Source: Planctomycetota bacterium
GTDB taxonomy: Bacteria > Planctomycetota > PLA2 > JAEUHO01
Assembly (NCBI GenBank): GCA_965223505.1
Contig: CBDCWP010000039.1
Location: 64,001 to 128,000 of the forward strand
Length of the DNA stretch: 64,000 bases
Direction of reading: 5' to 3'
Shown: positions 9,765 to 21,229 of the stretch, piece by piece
Numbering within the stretch: position 1 is the stretch's first letter
Layout: every line of letters begins with the position of its first letter
The notes under the pieces: model-generated
Database searches by the model: none
What the model was told of the DNA's origin: nothing
Seen by the model: only the letters and a program-made list of their open reading frames with translations
Position numbers and translations under genes: made by a program

Positions 9765-10789
9765 GCGAACAAATCGAGTCACCGTCGCAATCGCCGCCGG
9801 CTGCAGCTCCCGGCGAGGGAGACGTCGCGGAACCGCTCGATCTCGTCGCCGTGGTCCTCAACTACCGCACGCCGGCGCTGACGGTTCGCTGCCTGGCATC
9901 GTTGGTCACGGAGCTGCGTTCGCTCGAGGGCGCCCGGGTCATGGTCGTCGAGAATGGGTCGGGAGACGGGTCGGCGGAGCTACTCGAGGACGCGATTCGA
10001 TCGAACGGCTGGACGGACGTCGCGCAACTGATCGTGTCGCCGCGCAACCTGGGGTTCGCGGGCGGCAACGACCTCGGCTTGCGCCACGCGCCGCGCGCCA
10101 AGACGGTCCTCGCCCTGAACAGCGACGCGGAGGTGCCCGAAGGCGCGCTCTTGCGCAGTCTCGACGTGCTGGCGCAGGACCGTCGGATCGGCGCGCTGGG
10201 TGTTCGCCAGCTCCTTGCGGACGGCACGGCGGAGGTGAACGCCCGCCGGTTCCCGACGCCGGCTCGGATGTTGCTCTGCGCGCTCGGATTGCCGTGGCGA
10301 TTCCCGCGCGTGTTCGGCTGGGCGGACATCCAGGAGCCCGACGACGCGTCGGATCCGACGCCGCGCGACGTGGACTGGCTCGGCGGCGCGTTCCTGCTGC
10401 TGCCCATGCACGCCATCGAGGCCGCAGGCGGCTTCTTCGACACCGACTTCTTCTTCACGGGCGAAGACGTCGAGCTGTGCTTCCGGCTCCGGAGCGCCGG
10501 CTATCGAAGGCGCTACGATCCTTCGATCGAGATTCGACACCTGCACGGCGGATCCTCCGACCCGGACCGTGTGTCGCGCGAACGGCTTCAACGCTTCCTC
10601 TGGACCGCGCGCTACCTCGTGCAACGAAAGTGCTATGGACGCGTGGCGGAGTGGCTGCTGCGTACGACCGACATGCTGATGCACACCGTTCGCGCGCTCG
10701 GCGGGCACGGCAAGCCCACAAGACGCCGTGAGGCGCAGGCGACGCTGCGACTTCTGCGCGAGCTCAGCGGTCCGGGGCGAACCGCATGA
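9761..10789 (+). CDS. Glycosyltransferase family 2 (rhamnosyltransferase-like)
   Basis: VVLNY, ENGSGDGS, NLGFAGGN, LNSD, EDVELC. Confidence 0.92.
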   Translation: MSEQIESPSQSPPAAAPGEGDVAEPLDLVAVVLNYRTPALTVRCLASLVTELRSLEGARVMVVENGSGDGSAELLEDAIRSNGWTDVAQLIVSPRNLGFAGGNDLGLRHAPRAKTVLALNSDAEVPEGALLRSLDVLAQDRRIGALGVRQLLADGTAEVNARRFPTPARMLLCALGLPWRFPRVFGWADIQEPDDASDPTPRDVDWLGGAFLLLPMHAIEAAGGFFDTDFFFTGEDVELCFRLRSAGYRRRYDPSIEIRHLHGGSSDPDRVSRERLQRFLWTARYLVQRKCYGRVAEWLLRTTDMLMHTVRALGGHGKPTRRREAQATLRLLRELSGPGRTA

Positions 10790-11952
10790 GCGCTCTCGAT
10801 CGATCACCCGCCCACGCCGCGTCGTCGAACGGCACGGCCGCCCCGCGCGTCCTGCTCACACTGCCCGGCATTCACAGCGTGAATCGCGGCGCCGAGGTGG
10901 CGATGGAGACGTTGGGCGAGGAGCTCGTCCGGCGTGGATGGCGCGTGACGCTCATCGGTTCCGGTGCGGACGACGCCCGCGCCGCCTATCGCTACCTTCG
11001 ATCTCCGTGCCTCTCCCGGGAGCGCTTTCGCGACTTCCCGAAGCTGCCCGTGTTCCGCAGCGAGTACGTCTACGAGGAGGCCTCGTTTCTCCCAGGCGTG
11101 TTGCGCCGCTATCGCCCGAGCGACTACGACGTAACCGTCACTTGTGGTTACCCCTTCCTGAACTGGATGTTGCGCGCGCGCGGCCGCCGGGCCGACCGGC
11201 CCGCACACGTGTTCGTGACCCACAACGGCGATTGGCCTGCGCGGAACGACCGCCGCGAGTTCAAGTATTTCGGATGTGACGGTCTCGTCTGCACCAGTCA
11301 GGTGTTCTACGAGGCGAATCGAGAGCGTTGGTTCGCGACGTTGATCCCGAACGGCGTCGACGAGAACGTCTTTCAGCCGGGACCGCGTCGCCGCGAGCGC
11401 TTCGGCCTTGCCGCGGACGTGCCGCTCGCCATCACGGTGGGGGCGCTGAACGAGAGCAAGCGCGTGCTCGCCGCCATTTCGTGCGCGGCCGCGGTCGACG
11501 GTCTCCACCTCGCCGTCGTGGGAGACGGGCCGCTTCGGGGCCGGGTGGAAGCCGAGGGCAACATGAGGATGCCGGGGCGTTTCTCGCTTCATCGACTTCC
11601 GCCGGACGCCATGCCGGATCTCTACCGTAGCGCCGACGTGCTGCTCCACATGAGCCGGGAGGAGCCCTTCGGGATCATCTACCTGGAGGCGTTGGCCACC
11701 GGCCTGCCCATCGTCGCCGACGACAATCCGACGACGCGCTGGATCGTGCAAGATCAGGGAACCCTGGTCGACGCGCGCGACGCCAAGGCGGTCGCAGAAG
11801 GGCTGCGTACGACGCTGGCCTCCGACGACCCGTCACTGCAGGGCGCCCGCCGCGATGTCGTCCTGCGCCGCTTCACCTACGCGGCCGTTGCCGACGCCTA
11901 CGACGCGTTCCTGCGCGAGGTGATTGCGCGGCGCGCGGGGAGCGAAACATGA
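10786..11952 (+). CDS. Glycosyltransferase family 4
   Basis: IPNGVD and EPFGIIYLEALATGLP motifs. Confidence 0.92.
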   Translation: MSALDRSPAHAASSNGTAAPRVLLTLPGIHSVNRGAEVAMETLGEELVRRGWRVTLIGSGADDARAAYRYLRSPCLSRERFRDFPKLPVFRSEYVYEEASFLPGVLRRYRPSDYDVTVTCGYPFLNWMLRARGRRADRPAHVFVTHNGDWPARNDRREFKYFGCDGLVCTSQVFYEANRERWFATLIPNGVDENVFQPGPRRRERFGLAADVPLAITVGALNESKRVLAAISCAAAVDGLHLAVVGDGPLRGRVEAEGNMRMPGRFSLHRLPPDAMPDLYRSADVLLHMSREEPFGIIYLEALATGLPIVADDNPTTRWIVQDQGTLVDARDAKAVAEGLRTTLASDDPSLQGARRDVVLRRFTYAAVADAYDAFLREVIARRAGSET

Positions 11953-13022
11953 GCCAGGATCGTCGCACGTCGCAAACGAGCGAGTCCGCGACCGCCTCGC
12001 GTTGGGAGCGCGTCGCCGCCGTCGTGATCGGCCGCAACGAGGGCCAGCGCCTGCGCGCGTGCCTGGAGTCCGTCCTCCTGCACTTCGAGCGCGTCGTCTA
12101 CGTGGACTCCGGGTCGGACGACGGGAGCGTCCTGACCGCCGAGCGCGCCGGAGCGCAGGTCCATCGACTCGACCCCTCGCGCCCGTTCACGGCTGCACGG
12201 GCGCGCCAGGAGGGTCTGGATCTGCTGCTTGCCGCGGACCCCGATCTACCCCTCGTGCATTTCATCGACGGCGATTGCGTGATGCAACGCGAATGGCCGG
12301 CCGCCGCCGTCGCCGCGCTCGACAAGCATGCCGACGTCGCCGCGGTCACCGGGCGGCGTCGCGAGGAGCGTCCGGACGCGTCAGTCTGGAATCGTCTGAT
12401 CGACATCGACTGGGACATTCCGCCGGGCGACGTCCCCTACGTGGGCGGGGATGCCTTGTTCCGGGTCGACCCGCTGCGCGAAGCAGGAGGATGGCCGCTC
12501 GACCTCATCGCCGGCGAGGAACCCGATCTGTGTTTCCGCATGCGCAAGGCGGGATGGCGCATCCTGCGGTTGCGCGCCGAGATGACGCTGCACGACGTCG
12601 CGATGGGCAGCTTCGCCGAGTACTGGCGGCGAAGCGTCCGCTCGGGTCACGCATGCGTGGAGGTCGCGGCGCGTCATCCGGGCCCCATCGGGTTCCCGTG
12701 GCGCCGACAGACGCTCTCGATCGTCTGCTACGGACTCGGACTACCCTTCGTGATCGCGGGTAGTGCCTTGTTTTGGTGGCCGCTCGTTTTGGTCGGATTG
12801 CTTTGGCTCAAGCCGGCGTTCGGCCTCTTTCATCGTGCTCGCAAACAAGGACGGTCCTGGTCTCTTTCCCTGGGCTACGCTCTCGTGAACATGGTGTGCA
12901 AGGTCGGCGGCTCGCTGGGCGTGCTGCGGTTCATCTTCGGACGCCTCACGGGCCAACGATCGGGGATCATGGAGTACAAGAAGATGCAGGCCGCCCCGCG
13001 CGAGCAGACATCGGGATCCTGA
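11949..13022 (+). CDS. Glycosyltransferase family 2 with C-terminal TM helices
   Basis: VIGRNEG, VDSGSDDGS, FIDGD, AGEEPDLC. Confidence 0.9.
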   Translation: MSQDRRTSQTSESATASRWERVAAVVIGRNEGQRLRACLESVLLHFERVVYVDSGSDDGSVLTAERAGAQVHRLDPSRPFTAARARQEGLDLLLAADPDLPLVHFIDGDCVMQREWPAAAVAALDKHADVAAVTGRRREERPDASVWNRLIDIDWDIPPGDVPYVGGDALFRVDPLREAGGWPLDLIAGEEPDLCFRMRKAGWRILRLRAEMTLHDVAMGSFAEYWRRSVRSGHACVEVAARHPGPIGFPWRRQTLSIVCYGLGLPFVIAGSALFWWPLVLVGLLWLKPAFGLFHRARKQGRSWSLSLGYALVNMVCKVGGSLGVLRFIFGRLTGQRSGIMEYKKMQAAPREQTSGS

Positions 13023-13028
13023 GCTGCG

Positions 13029-14099
13029 ATGAGCGGTGCGAGGCAAGCAGGAGAGACCCCGTTGCGTGCGGCGGTGATCGGAGCGGGTCGGATCGCCGAT
13101 CAGCACCTGGGATTCCTGCAGTCGTTCCCGCGCGCGCATCTCGTCGGCGTCTGTGACCGAACGCCGGTGCTGGCCGACTTCGCGGCCGAGCGATTCGAGG
13201 CCGATGCGGCGTTCACCGATCATGCGCGCATGCTCGCCAAGACGTCGCCGGACGTCGTTCACGTCCTCACCCCGCCGCACACACACATCCAGCTGGTGAC
13301 GGACGCTCTCGAGTGCGGCGCGGACGTGATCGCGGAGAAGCCGGTCGCGCCGACGCGCGCCGCGTTCGAGGGCCTGTGGCGCCTTGCAGAAGAACGCGGG
13401 CGGCGGCTGACGGAGGTTCAGAACTACCGCTTCAACAGGCCCGTGCGCGAGATCGAACGGCTGCTTCGCGAAGGCCACCTCGGAGACGTGGCCGAGGTCG
13501 AGGTCCGTATGGCACTCAACCTGGCGAGCGGGCGCTACGCGGACGCGAATCTCCCGCACCCGAGCCACGGCCTGCCGGCGGGGGTGATCCACGAGTTCAT
13601 CACGCATCTGACCTATCTCACCCTGCAGTTCACCGGGGGCTTCGACGACGTCGACGCCCACTGGAACAACTACGGCGGGGGCGACCTGTTCCGCTTCGAC
13701 GACCTGGATGCGCTGGTGACGCACGGCCCCCTGCGCGCGCGCATCCGGTTCACGGCGCGTACCCAGCCGGACTGTTTCCAAGTGACGGTGCGCGGGACGC
13801 GCGGCGAGGCGGTCGCGGAGCTTTTTCAGCCGCACGTGCGTGTGACCGTGCCTCGCGGCGGCGGGCCGCTCGGGCCGCTCGTGAACCTGTGGAAGAGCGG
13901 CAAGGCGTTGAAGTCGGCGGCCGTGCGGGGTTTTCGCGACAAGGTCATGCAGCGCACCCCGTACGAGGGCCTGCACTACTTCCTCGGCCGCACCTACGAT
14001 GCGATCCGTGCGAGCGAACCGCTCCCGGTGGGGCACGCGGAGATCGATGGAACCCTCGCGTTGATCGACGCGCTCCTCGAGGGGGTCGACGTCGAATGA
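13029..14099 (+). CDS. Gfo/Idh/MocA family oxidoreductase
   Basis: IGAGRIA Rossmann motif, TPPHTH, EKP, NYRF. Confidence 0.9.
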   Translation: MSGARQAGETPLRAAVIGAGRIADQHLGFLQSFPRAHLVGVCDRTPVLADFAAERFEADAAFTDHARMLAKTSPDVVHVLTPPHTHIQLVTDALECGADVIAEKPVAPTRAAFEGLWRLAEERGRRLTEVQNYRFNRPVREIERLLREGHLGDVAEVEVRMALNLASGRYADANLPHPSHGLPAGVIHEFITHLTYLTLQFTGGFDDVDAHWNNYGGGDLFRFDDLDALVTHGPLRARIRFTARTQPDCFQVTVRGTRGEAVAELFQPHVRVTVPRGGGPLGPLVNLWKSGKALKSAAVRGFRDKVMQRTPYEGLHYFLGRTYDAIRASEPLPVGHAEIDGTLALIDALLEGVDVE

Positions 14100-15133
14100 G
14101 GTTCCTCGTTACCGGCGCCACCGGCTTTCTCGGGCGCTACGTCGTCGCGACGGCGATGCAGCGCGGGCACTCCGTTCGCGCGCTCGTTCGGCCTGCGACG
14201 TCCCTGCCGCGCGAGTGGACCGGTGCCGCCGCCCCCGAGACCGTCCGGGTCGACCTGCGCAATCCGGAAGGACTCGTCGACGCGCTGCGCGACGTGGACG
14301 TCGTCCTTCATCTCGCCGCGGCGAAGGCGGGCGATCTGCATGCACAGCTCGCCGGCACCGTCGTCGCAACGGACAACCTCATCGCGGCGATGGGGGAGGC
14401 CGGCGTCGAGCGCATGGTGCTCACCAGCACCTTTTCCGTCTACGACTGGCTCGGGATGAGCGCGTTCACCGTCGTCGACGAGGCGTCGCCGCTCGAGCCC
14501 CGACCCGCGTCGCGCGATGCGTACTGCCAGACCAAGCTCATGCAGGAACGCAGGGTGCGCGAAGCAGAAGCGAAGGGACTGCTCCGAGCGGCGATCGTCC
14601 GTCCCGGCGCGATCTACGGCCCCGGCGAAACCTGGACGGCGCGGCTCGGCTCCAAGCTGTCCGACAAGCTCTGGGTCCGAACGGGCGCGTGGGCGCGGTT
14701 GCCGCTCGTCCACGTCGAGTCGTGCGCGGACCTCGTCGTGCTCTGCGCCGAGCGAGAAGAGGCGCTGGGCGAGGTGTTCGTCGCGGTCGCAGACGCGCTT
14801 CCGACACAGCGGCGCTACCTCGGGGCTCTCGCGCGCCACACCCGGCCGCGTCCTCGATTGATTCGGATCCCCTGGACGGTCATGCGTTGCATCGCGCGGT
14901 TCGGTTGGTTCGTGAATCGGATCTTCCTGAAGGGCCGCGCCAAGGTCCCGCAGATCCTCTCCCCGGCGAGCCTGCACGCGCGCTGCAAGCCGTTCCGCTA
15001 CTCGAACGAGAAGGCGAAACGCGTGCTCGGCTGGAAGCCTCGCTACGGCTTTCCGGAAGGACTCGACCGTTGTTTCACGCACGTCGAGGTTCCGTCCGGC
15101 GCCCCGGTCGAAACCGATGGAGCCTCACGATGA
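14096..15133 (+). CDS. NAD-dependent epimerase/dehydratase
   Basis: Real start MRFLVTGATGFLG overlaps upstream stop; YCQTK (YxxxK), RPGAIYGPG. Confidence 0.9.
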   Translation: MRFLVTGATGFLGRYVVATAMQRGHSVRALVRPATSLPREWTGAAAPETVRVDLRNPEGLVDALRDVDVVLHLAAAKAGDLHAQLAGTVVATDNLIAAMGEAGVERMVLTSTFSVYDWLGMSAFTVVDEASPLEPRPASRDAYCQTKLMQERRVREAEAKGLLRAAIVRPGAIYGPGETWTARLGSKLSDKLWVRTGAWARLPLVHVESCADLVVLCAEREEALGEVFVAVADALPTQRRYLGALARHTRPRPRLIRIPWTVMRCIARFGWFVNRIFLKGRAKVPQILSPASLHARCKPFRYSNEKAKRVLGWKPRYGFPEGLDRCFTHVEVPSGAPVETDGASR

Positions 15134-16389
15134 GCCATCGGATCGGCTACCTGACCGGCGAGTACCCGCGCGCAACGGACACGTTCATCCAGCGCGAGGT
15201 GATGGGGCTGCGCGCGCTCGGCTTCCACGTCGAGACGATCTCCATCCGTCGTCCGAAGCAGCTCGAGCGCGCCGCCAAGCCCATCGACACCGGCACGACG
15301 AGCTACGTGCTGCCGCCCGGCTTCTTCGCGTTCCTGGGCGCGCATCTCGGATCGCTGTTGACGTCGCCCGTTCGATACGCCCGCACGTTCGTCCTCGCGA
15401 TGCGCACCCGCGCGCCCGGGCTGCGCGGGTTCGCGCGCCAGCTGTTCTACTTCATGGAGGCGGCGCTCGTCGCGCGACTGGTTCGCCGGCACCGGCTCGC
15501 GCACGTCCACAATCACTTCGCGAGCTCGAGCTGTACTGTGGCGATGCTCGCGTCCGAGCTGGGTGGGTTTCCCTTCAGCTTCACGATTCACGGCCCGGCC
15601 ATCTTCTACGAGCCGCATCGCTGGCGGATTGACGAGAAGGTCCGCAGGGCGCGCTTCGTCAACTGCATCAGTCACTTCTGCCGCAGTCAGGTGATGGTGT
15701 TCTCCGACGCCGGAGACTGGGACAAGCTCTGCATCGTGCACTGCGGTGTCGAGCCCGACGCGTACGGCCGACGGGATCACCAGGGCGCCGCGAAACGGCT
15801 GGTGTTCGTCGGCCGGCTCGCTCGCGTCAAGGGGCTGTCGGTGCTTCTGCGCGCGTTTCGCGCCGTGCACGCGTCGCACCCGGATCTCGCGCTCACCCTC
15901 GTCGGCGACGGTCCCGAGCGGACGGAGCTCGAGCAAGAGGCGACCGACCTCGGCGTCGGGGACGCGGTGCGCTTCGCCGGCTATCAGACCGCCGAGGAAG
16001 TGCGCGCGCATCTGGCGGGGTCCGACGTCTTCGTCATGGCGAGCTTCGCCGAAGGCGTGCCGGTCGTCTTGATGGAGGCGATGGCGGCCGGTCTGCCGGT
16101 GATCGCCTCGAACGTCGCGGGTACGACGGAGCTCGTCGAGGACGGCGTCTCCGGTCGCCTCGTGTCGCCCGGGGACGAAGCGGGGCTCGTCGAGGCGCTC
16201 TCGGAGCTCGTCGAGGACGCGGCCCTTCGCGGTCGCCTCGGGCTCGCGGCGCAGGCCAAGGTTCACGTGGCGTTCGACATCGACAAGGAGGTCGCACACC
16301 TGGCCGCGATCCTGAGCGCTTCGCTCGACGGCACCGCCGTCCCGGCGCGCCCGGGTGTCGCGAACGACGCGGTGGAGGCCCGATCATGA
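15130..16389 (+). CDS. Glycosyltransferase family 4 (WcaL-like)
   Basis: [30 protein letters not shown]. Confidence 0.92.
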   Translation: MSHRIGYLTGEYPRATDTFIQREVMGLRALGFHVETISIRRPKQLERAAKPIDTGTTSYVLPPGFFAFLGAHLGSLLTSPVRYARTFVLAMRTRAPGLRGFARQLFYFMEAALVARLVRRHRLAHVHNHFASSSCTVAMLASELGGFPFSFTIHGPAIFYEPHRWRIDEKVRRARFVNCISHFCRSQVMVFSDAGDWDKLCIVHCGVEPDAYGRRDHQGAAKRLVFVGRLARVKGLSVLLRAFRAVHASHPDLALTLVGDGPERTELEQEATDLGVGDAVRFAGYQTAEEVRAHLAGSDVFVMASFAEGVPVVLMEAMAAGLPVIASNVAGTTELVEDGVSGRLVSPGDEAGLVEALSELVEDAALRGRLGLAAQAKVHVAFDIDKEVAHLAAILSASLDGTAVPARPGVANDAVEARS

Positions 16390-17282
16390 GCGACCTGCCC
16401 AAGATCAGCGTCGTGACACCGAGCTTCAATCAGGCGGAGTTCATCGACGAGACGATGCGATCGGTGCTCGACCAGGGGTATCCGAACCTGGAATACATCG
16501 TCATCGACGGCGCCAGCACCGACGGGAGTCCTGACGTCATTCGCAAGTACGAGTCGCGTCTCGCCTACTGGGTCAGCGAGCCGGATCGCGGACAGTCCCA
16601 CGCCATCAACAAGGGACTGGAGCGCGCGACCGGTGACATTCTCTGCTACATCAACAGCGACGACTTGCTCGAGCCGGGGTCGCTCGACACGGTTGCCCAG
16701 GCGTTCGCCGGCGGGGCCCGCTGGGTATCGGGCGGCGTGCGCTACTTCGGCCCAGGCTGTACCGAGACGGTCAAGCACTGCCGCATCGAGAAGCACCCTT
16801 CCGACTGGCTCGGCAAGAACATGGTGCCCCAACAAGGATCGTTCTGGGCCGCCGAGCTGAGCCGAGAGCACGGGTTGTTTCGCGAGGATCTGAACTACGT
16901 GTTCGACGGCGAGTACTGGATGCGCCTTCGGCTGAAGGCCGGCGCGCGTCCGCATCCCGTCCAGCAGGTGCTCGCCGCGTTCCGATTCCACGGCGAGTCG
17001 AAGACCATGCAGGAGCCGGAGGCGTTCGTTCGAGAGATCACGAACGTTCGCGCCGAGTACCGCAAGCTGCTCACCTCGTTCGATCGCTTCCGGTCGCGGC
17101 TCACCGAGCGACGCCTCAACGCGGGGGGCTGCCAGCGTGCGGCGGTTGCGCTCGCGGCGTCCGGTCGACGCGGCGCCGGCTTTCGCAAGTGGCTGCGGTC
17201 ACTGGTCCTCTGGCCTCCGTACCTGTTCGCGCGACGCACGGGCGGGTCTCTGCGCCGAGTCTGGCGCGGCGACAAGACCTAG
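16386..17282 (+). CDS. Glycosyltransferase family 2 (WcaE-like)
   Basis: [37 protein letters not shown]. Confidence 0.93.
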   Translation: MSDLPKISVVTPSFNQAEFIDETMRSVLDQGYPNLEYIVIDGASTDGSPDVIRKYESRLAYWVSEPDRGQSHAINKGLERATGDILCYINSDDLLEPGSLDTVAQAFAGGARWVSGGVRYFGPGCTETVKHCRIEKHPSDWLGKNMVPQQGSFWAAELSREHGLFREDLNYVFDGEYWMRLRLKAGARPHPVQQVLAAFRFHGESKTMQEPEAFVREITNVRAEYRKLLTSFDRFRSRLTERRLNAGGCQRAAVALAASGRRGAGFRKWLRSLVLWPPYLFARRTGGSLRRVWRGDKT

Positions 17283-17290
17283 CGGCGTCG

Positions 17291-19348
17291 TCAGTCCGTC
17301 CCGCCCCGCGGTAGCTTCGCGCCTTTCATGATGCGCCACCACCCGATGCCGTGAAGCGCGTGGTGCGTGCGGCGAACGATCTCGGCCGGCGGCGTGTCGT
17401 CGGGAAGCGGGGCCCAGGGAAGCGGCTGGAAACCGCGATTCGTCCGGGTGTCGAAGATGAACCCCGGCCCGATGACCCAGTTGCGGCCCACACCCAGATT
17501 GCGACGGCGCGGACCGAACAGGTTCTCGCCCGCGTGTGAATAGGTGAAGCCGGCCGGCGCAACCAGCTCGACCAGGGTGGGCACGATGTCGATGTGGCTT
17601 CCGGCGACGTCGAGCGGCGGCGGCCTGCCGTTCACGGCGGGACCGAAAAGAACCAGCGGCACGCTCGCGGTCTCGAACAAGCTCGGGTTGGCAGGGATGT
17701 ACACCCTGCCGACGTGATCACCGGTGATCGCGAACAGAGAGCCCGGTAGCGCCCGGTCCGTGTCGCGCACGAAGGTCGCCATGGCGTGATCCGAGTACCA
17801 GAAGTGCCCGCACTTGTTGAGGAAGTGGCGCAGCTTGCCCGCCTTGCCATAGGCGGGATTGGCCGCAGCCCGGCACGCTTCGGGGATCTCCTGCAGGCCG
17901 AATCCCGCCTTGCGGACGTCGATGTTGTACGGCGGGTGATTGCTCGTCGTGAGAATGACGCTGAAGCTGCGCTCGTCCTTCGAGACCGTACGTTGGACCA
18001 GGTCGAAGAGCAGGCGGTCGTCGGCGCCCCACGCGCTCGACAGTCCGGCGCCGATGTGCGCCGCGCCGTAGACCTCCTCGAAGCCTTGATTGCGGGCGAA
18101 CTCCTCCGTCTTCTGCCACGTCAGCGTGCCGCCGGAGAAGAGCCGCGTCTTGTACCCGAGTCGCTTGAAGATCTCCGGCGCCGAGCCGGCGAACGGCTCG
18201 CGCGCGGAAGGCCGGTAGTTGATCAAGACACCCGCATCCGGCAGGCCGGTGATGATCGTGCCGAGCGACGTCATCGTGCTCGTCGACGCCGGAAGGAAGT
18301 GCCGGAACGAAACGCCCTCCTCTCCGAGCGATCGCAGGCCTTCGGCAAGGCCGAGGGAACGATACTCGTCGAGCATCGGCCACGCGCTGTAGCTCTCCAT
18401 GACGATGACGAACACGTGCCGCGGCGGTTCATCCCCCGCGCCCGGGGCCGTGCGCGTGAACGCTTCGTCGATGTCCGCGCCGCTCAGGTCCTCGCCGAGG
18501 AAGAACGCCGTCTCGTCGCGAATCGATTCGGCGGGGAAGTACACCTCGATGCCGTTGGAAGACGAGAGCAACATGTGCCGTTCGATCGCGAACTTCAGCG
18601 CGATGTAGCCGTTCAGCGCGAGCTTGTTCAACGTCTTGTCGCGTGTGATGCCGACGTCCTTGAGCTCCAGCGCGGCCCGACCGACCTTGCCCCGAACCGA
18701 GACGACCAGGAACGCGACCGTCACGAGCACCACCAGGCCCTGCGCCGCGCGGCGCGACGCCAGAGCTCGCGTCCATGCCGGCGGGAAGAGGGGGCGCCGC
18801 AACCACCAGCGCAGCGCCAAGACGTGCAGCACGACCGTGACCAGGAGACCCAGGCCGATCCAGAGCAGGTTGTATTCCTCGGCAACCGTGTCGTAGATGG
18901 CGCCGGGGTCGTCGTAGATGAGCCCGAACACCCACTCGTTGAAGACGTCGTCGTACTCCCGGAAGAACCCGTAGCTCACCGCCACCATCGGGATCGAGAT
19001 CGCCAGGAACAGAACGCCGACGATCAGCCGGACCCGTTGGGCAAGTACCGCCGGCGCGCCGAACAGACAGGCCATGCTGGCGACGACGGGCAGGACGGTC
19101 GTGTAGCCCGCGACGATCGAGTCCGGTCGCAGTCCGGCGCGCATGCACGTCAGGACGTCGCCGAGCCCGGACTCGCTTTCGAGCCGCTCCTGGAACAGAT
19201 AGACGAGGAGCACGCGGCTCGCCTGTAGCACGAGCACGACCGCGAGCCAGAGCTTGAGGTCGCGTTGAAGCTGATCGAAGAAGCGCGGCCAGCGACCGGC
19301 GTCCGGCGCGGCCGCCTCGAGAAGCGCGTGTTCGTTCTTGCTGGCCAT
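17291..19348 (-). CDS. LTA synthase (LtaS/MdoB-like) family phosphotransferase: TM domain plus sulfatase-fold domain
   Basis: Five N-terminal TM helices, then VIVMES, candidate catalytic Thr, TTSNHPPY and ITGDH metal-binding motifs; start MASKNEH after GAGGA. Confidence 0.82.
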   Translation of the reverse strand: MASKNEHALLEAAAPDAGRWPRFFDQLQRDLKLWLAVVLVLQASRVLLVYLFQERLESESGLGDVLTCMRAGLRPDSIVAGYTTVLPVVASMACLFGAPAVLAQRVRLIVGVLFLAISIPMVAVSYGFFREYDDVFNEWVFGLIYDDPGAIYDTVAEEYNLLWIGLGLLVTVVLHVLALRWWLRRPLFPPAWTRALASRRAAQGLVVLVTVAFLVVSVRGKVGRAALELKDVGITRDKTLNKLALNGYIALKFAIERHMLLSSSNGIEVYFPAESIRDETAFFLGEDLSGADIDEAFTRTAPGAGDEPPRHVFVIVMESYSAWPMLDEYRSLGLAEGLRSLGEEGVSFRHFLPASTSTMTSLGTIITGLPDAGVLINYRPSAREPFAGSAPEIFKRLGYKTRLFSGGTLTWQKTEEFARNQGFEEVYGAAHIGAGLSSAWGADDRLLFDLVQRTVSKDERSFSVILTTSNHPPYNIDVRKAGFGLQEIPEACRAAANPAYGKAGKLRHFLNKCGHFWYSDHAMATFVRDTDRALPGSLFAITGDHVGRVYIPANPSLFETASVPLVLFGPAVNGRPPPLDVAGSHIDIVPTLVELVAPAGFTYSHAGENLFGPRRRNLGVGRNWVIGPGFIFDTRTNRGFQPLPWAPLPDDTPPAEIVRRTHHALHGIGWWRIMKGAKLPRGGTD

Positions 19349-19518
19349 GGGTCCTCGCGGACGGATGCAGGATTGTAGCCAGCCTCTACCGCGCGACGAA
19401 CGAACGCTTGTTCGGTGTCGGAACTGGGTTCGGCTCGTACCCTCGGACATCATAGTGCGTTCCGCGACTCGATCCGCGCGTGCGGGAGATCCATGGCTCT
19501 TACGGGAAGGCGTCGGCA

Positions 19519-20328
19519 ATGGCGATAGACAGCCTGCCCCCGGAGGAGCTGCGCGAGCTCGCATCCGCCGTCAGGCACGAACGAGTGGCGTTCGACGTTC
19601 TGCGAGCGAAGCGCGAGAACGTACAGACCGTTCGCGTTCGCGTCGAAGGCGACCGGACGGTCGTCCTGAAGATGTGGGACGTCAGCGGGGTGATCGCCGC
19701 AATCCGCGCACGCCTGCGAACGACGAACGCCGAACGGGAGTGGACGGCACTGCGCCGGTTGCACGAGGCGGGCGTGTCCGTGCCGGCCCCGCTCGGCCGA
19801 GCGCGACTCGAGGAAGGCGACGGAGCCTTCGACGTGATTGCCGTCGAGGACCTCGGTGCGTGCGTGCGCGCGGGTGACGTGCTCTCGTCGCTGGTCGCCG
19901 ACGGAGCCGACGACGAGATCGCGACGATCACAGACGGCTTCATCGAGATCATGGCCGGCATGGTTGCGAGCGGCGTCCTGGACACCGACAACACGACCAC
20001 GAACTACCTCCTGCCGCCCGGCGCGGCGCCGGTTCGCGTGGATCTGGAGCTTGCCCGCGTCGTGACGCGTCCGGAGAAGCAGCCCAAGCTCTACGGGACG
20101 ATGCTGGGTCGGTTGATGGCGTCGTACACGTTCGCCGTCCACGCCGAGCCGGAACGAGCGGCGGCGTTCCTGGGTCGAATCGTCGATCGACTGCGTCCTT
20201 CGCCCGCAGTGGTGTCCGGCGCGTTGACCTGTCTTCGGGAGGGGCTCGAACGGCACGGGAGAGAGACCGGCATCGCGGTCGACCTCGACCAGACGATTCG
20301 CGATCTCTCGGGGTCCGCGCCCGACTGA
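19519..20328 (+). CDS. Lipopolysaccharide kinase (Kdo/WaaP/InaA)-like phosphotransferase
   Basis: VVLK lysine, AEREW..L..L...GVSVP, DxxxxN catalytic loop (DTDNTTTN), VDLE. Confidence 0.7.
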   Translation: MAIDSLPPEELRELASAVRHERVAFDVLRAKRENVQTVRVRVEGDRTVVLKMWDVSGVIAAIRARLRTTNAEREWTALRRLHEAGVSVPAPLGRARLEEGDGAFDVIAVEDLGACVRAGDVLSSLVADGADDEIATITDGFIEIMAGMVASGVLDTDNTTTNYLLPPGAAPVRVDLELARVVTRPEKQPKLYGTMLGRLMASYTFAVHAEPERAAAFLGRIVDRLRPSPAVVSGALTCLREGLERHGRETGIAVDLDQTIRDLSGSAPD

Positions 20329-20334
20329 ACCGCG

Positions 20335-20955
20335 TCAGCGCTCCGGCGCCTCGGCCTGATCGTCGCGCATCTTGAGGAGCCGGGCCGGCACGCCGCCGAC
20401 GATGGCCGACGCGGGGACGTCCTTCGTGACCACGCTGTTGGCGGCGACCACCGCGCCCGGTCCGATCGTGACCCCCTTGAGGATCGCGGCGCCTCGCCCG
20501 ATCCAGGCGCCCGCTCCGATCCGGATCGGCGCGGCCTCGTGCCGCTGGAGGCGCATCGGGGTGCCGGGGTTCGTTCCGTGGTCGGCGTCGCGGATGCTGA
20601 CGTACTCGCCGATCAGGCAATCGTCCTCGATGTCGATGCCGCGATAGGCGACGAGAAACGTCCCCGCGTTCAAGCGCACGTTCGCGCCGACTCGGATCCG
20701 TCCTTCCTCGTGGGTCTCGAAGAACACGTTGCGACCGAGTCGGCAGCTCGGGCCCAGGTCGAGACGCACACGACCCGGTGTCCGTGCCGGTCCGTCGAAT
20801 TGCGTCGTGACCGGCACGCTCCCGTCGACCACGGCGCGCAGATGAACCAGTCGGGCGAACCGGGTCGCCGCGCCCAGCAACGGCCGCAGCGCGCGGTGGA
20901 TGAGCGCAACGCCACCCGCTGCGATTCCGACCATCCACATCGCCAGCTTCTTCAC
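20335..20955 (-). CDS. Hexapeptide-repeat (LbH) O-acyltransferase
   Basis: [31 protein letters not shown]; start uncertain. Confidence 0.88.
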   Translation of the reverse strand: MKKLAMWMVGIAAGGVALIHRALRPLLGAATRFARLVHLRAVVDGSVPVTTQFDGPARTPGRVRLDLGPSCRLGRNVFFETHEEGRIRVGANVRLNAGTFLVAYRGIDIEDDCLIGEYVSIRDADHGTNPGTPMRLQRHEAAPIRIGAGAWIGRGAAILKGVTIGPGAVVAANSVVTKDVPASAIVGGVPARLLKMRDDQAEAPER

Positions 20956-21229
20956 GAGACCTCCGAGGCGCTCTCCGTGTTCGAGGCGGCCCGTCCCCAA
21001 GCTTGATGAGAGGACGGAGTAAGTCACGGGATTTCCTTCGATCGCGCTCCGTATCGACGCTCACACCGGGTATCGCCGGCGCCGAAGACTCGCTTCGAGT
21101 TCGCCGCAGTCGAACACGGGGCTATGCTTGCTTCGCCGCGCATGGATCAGTGGCAGGACCACTCGGCCCGAGCGATCCCGTGGGAACGGAGTGCAGTTCC
21201 CCCGCATCACGCCCGAGCTAGGAGAGATG

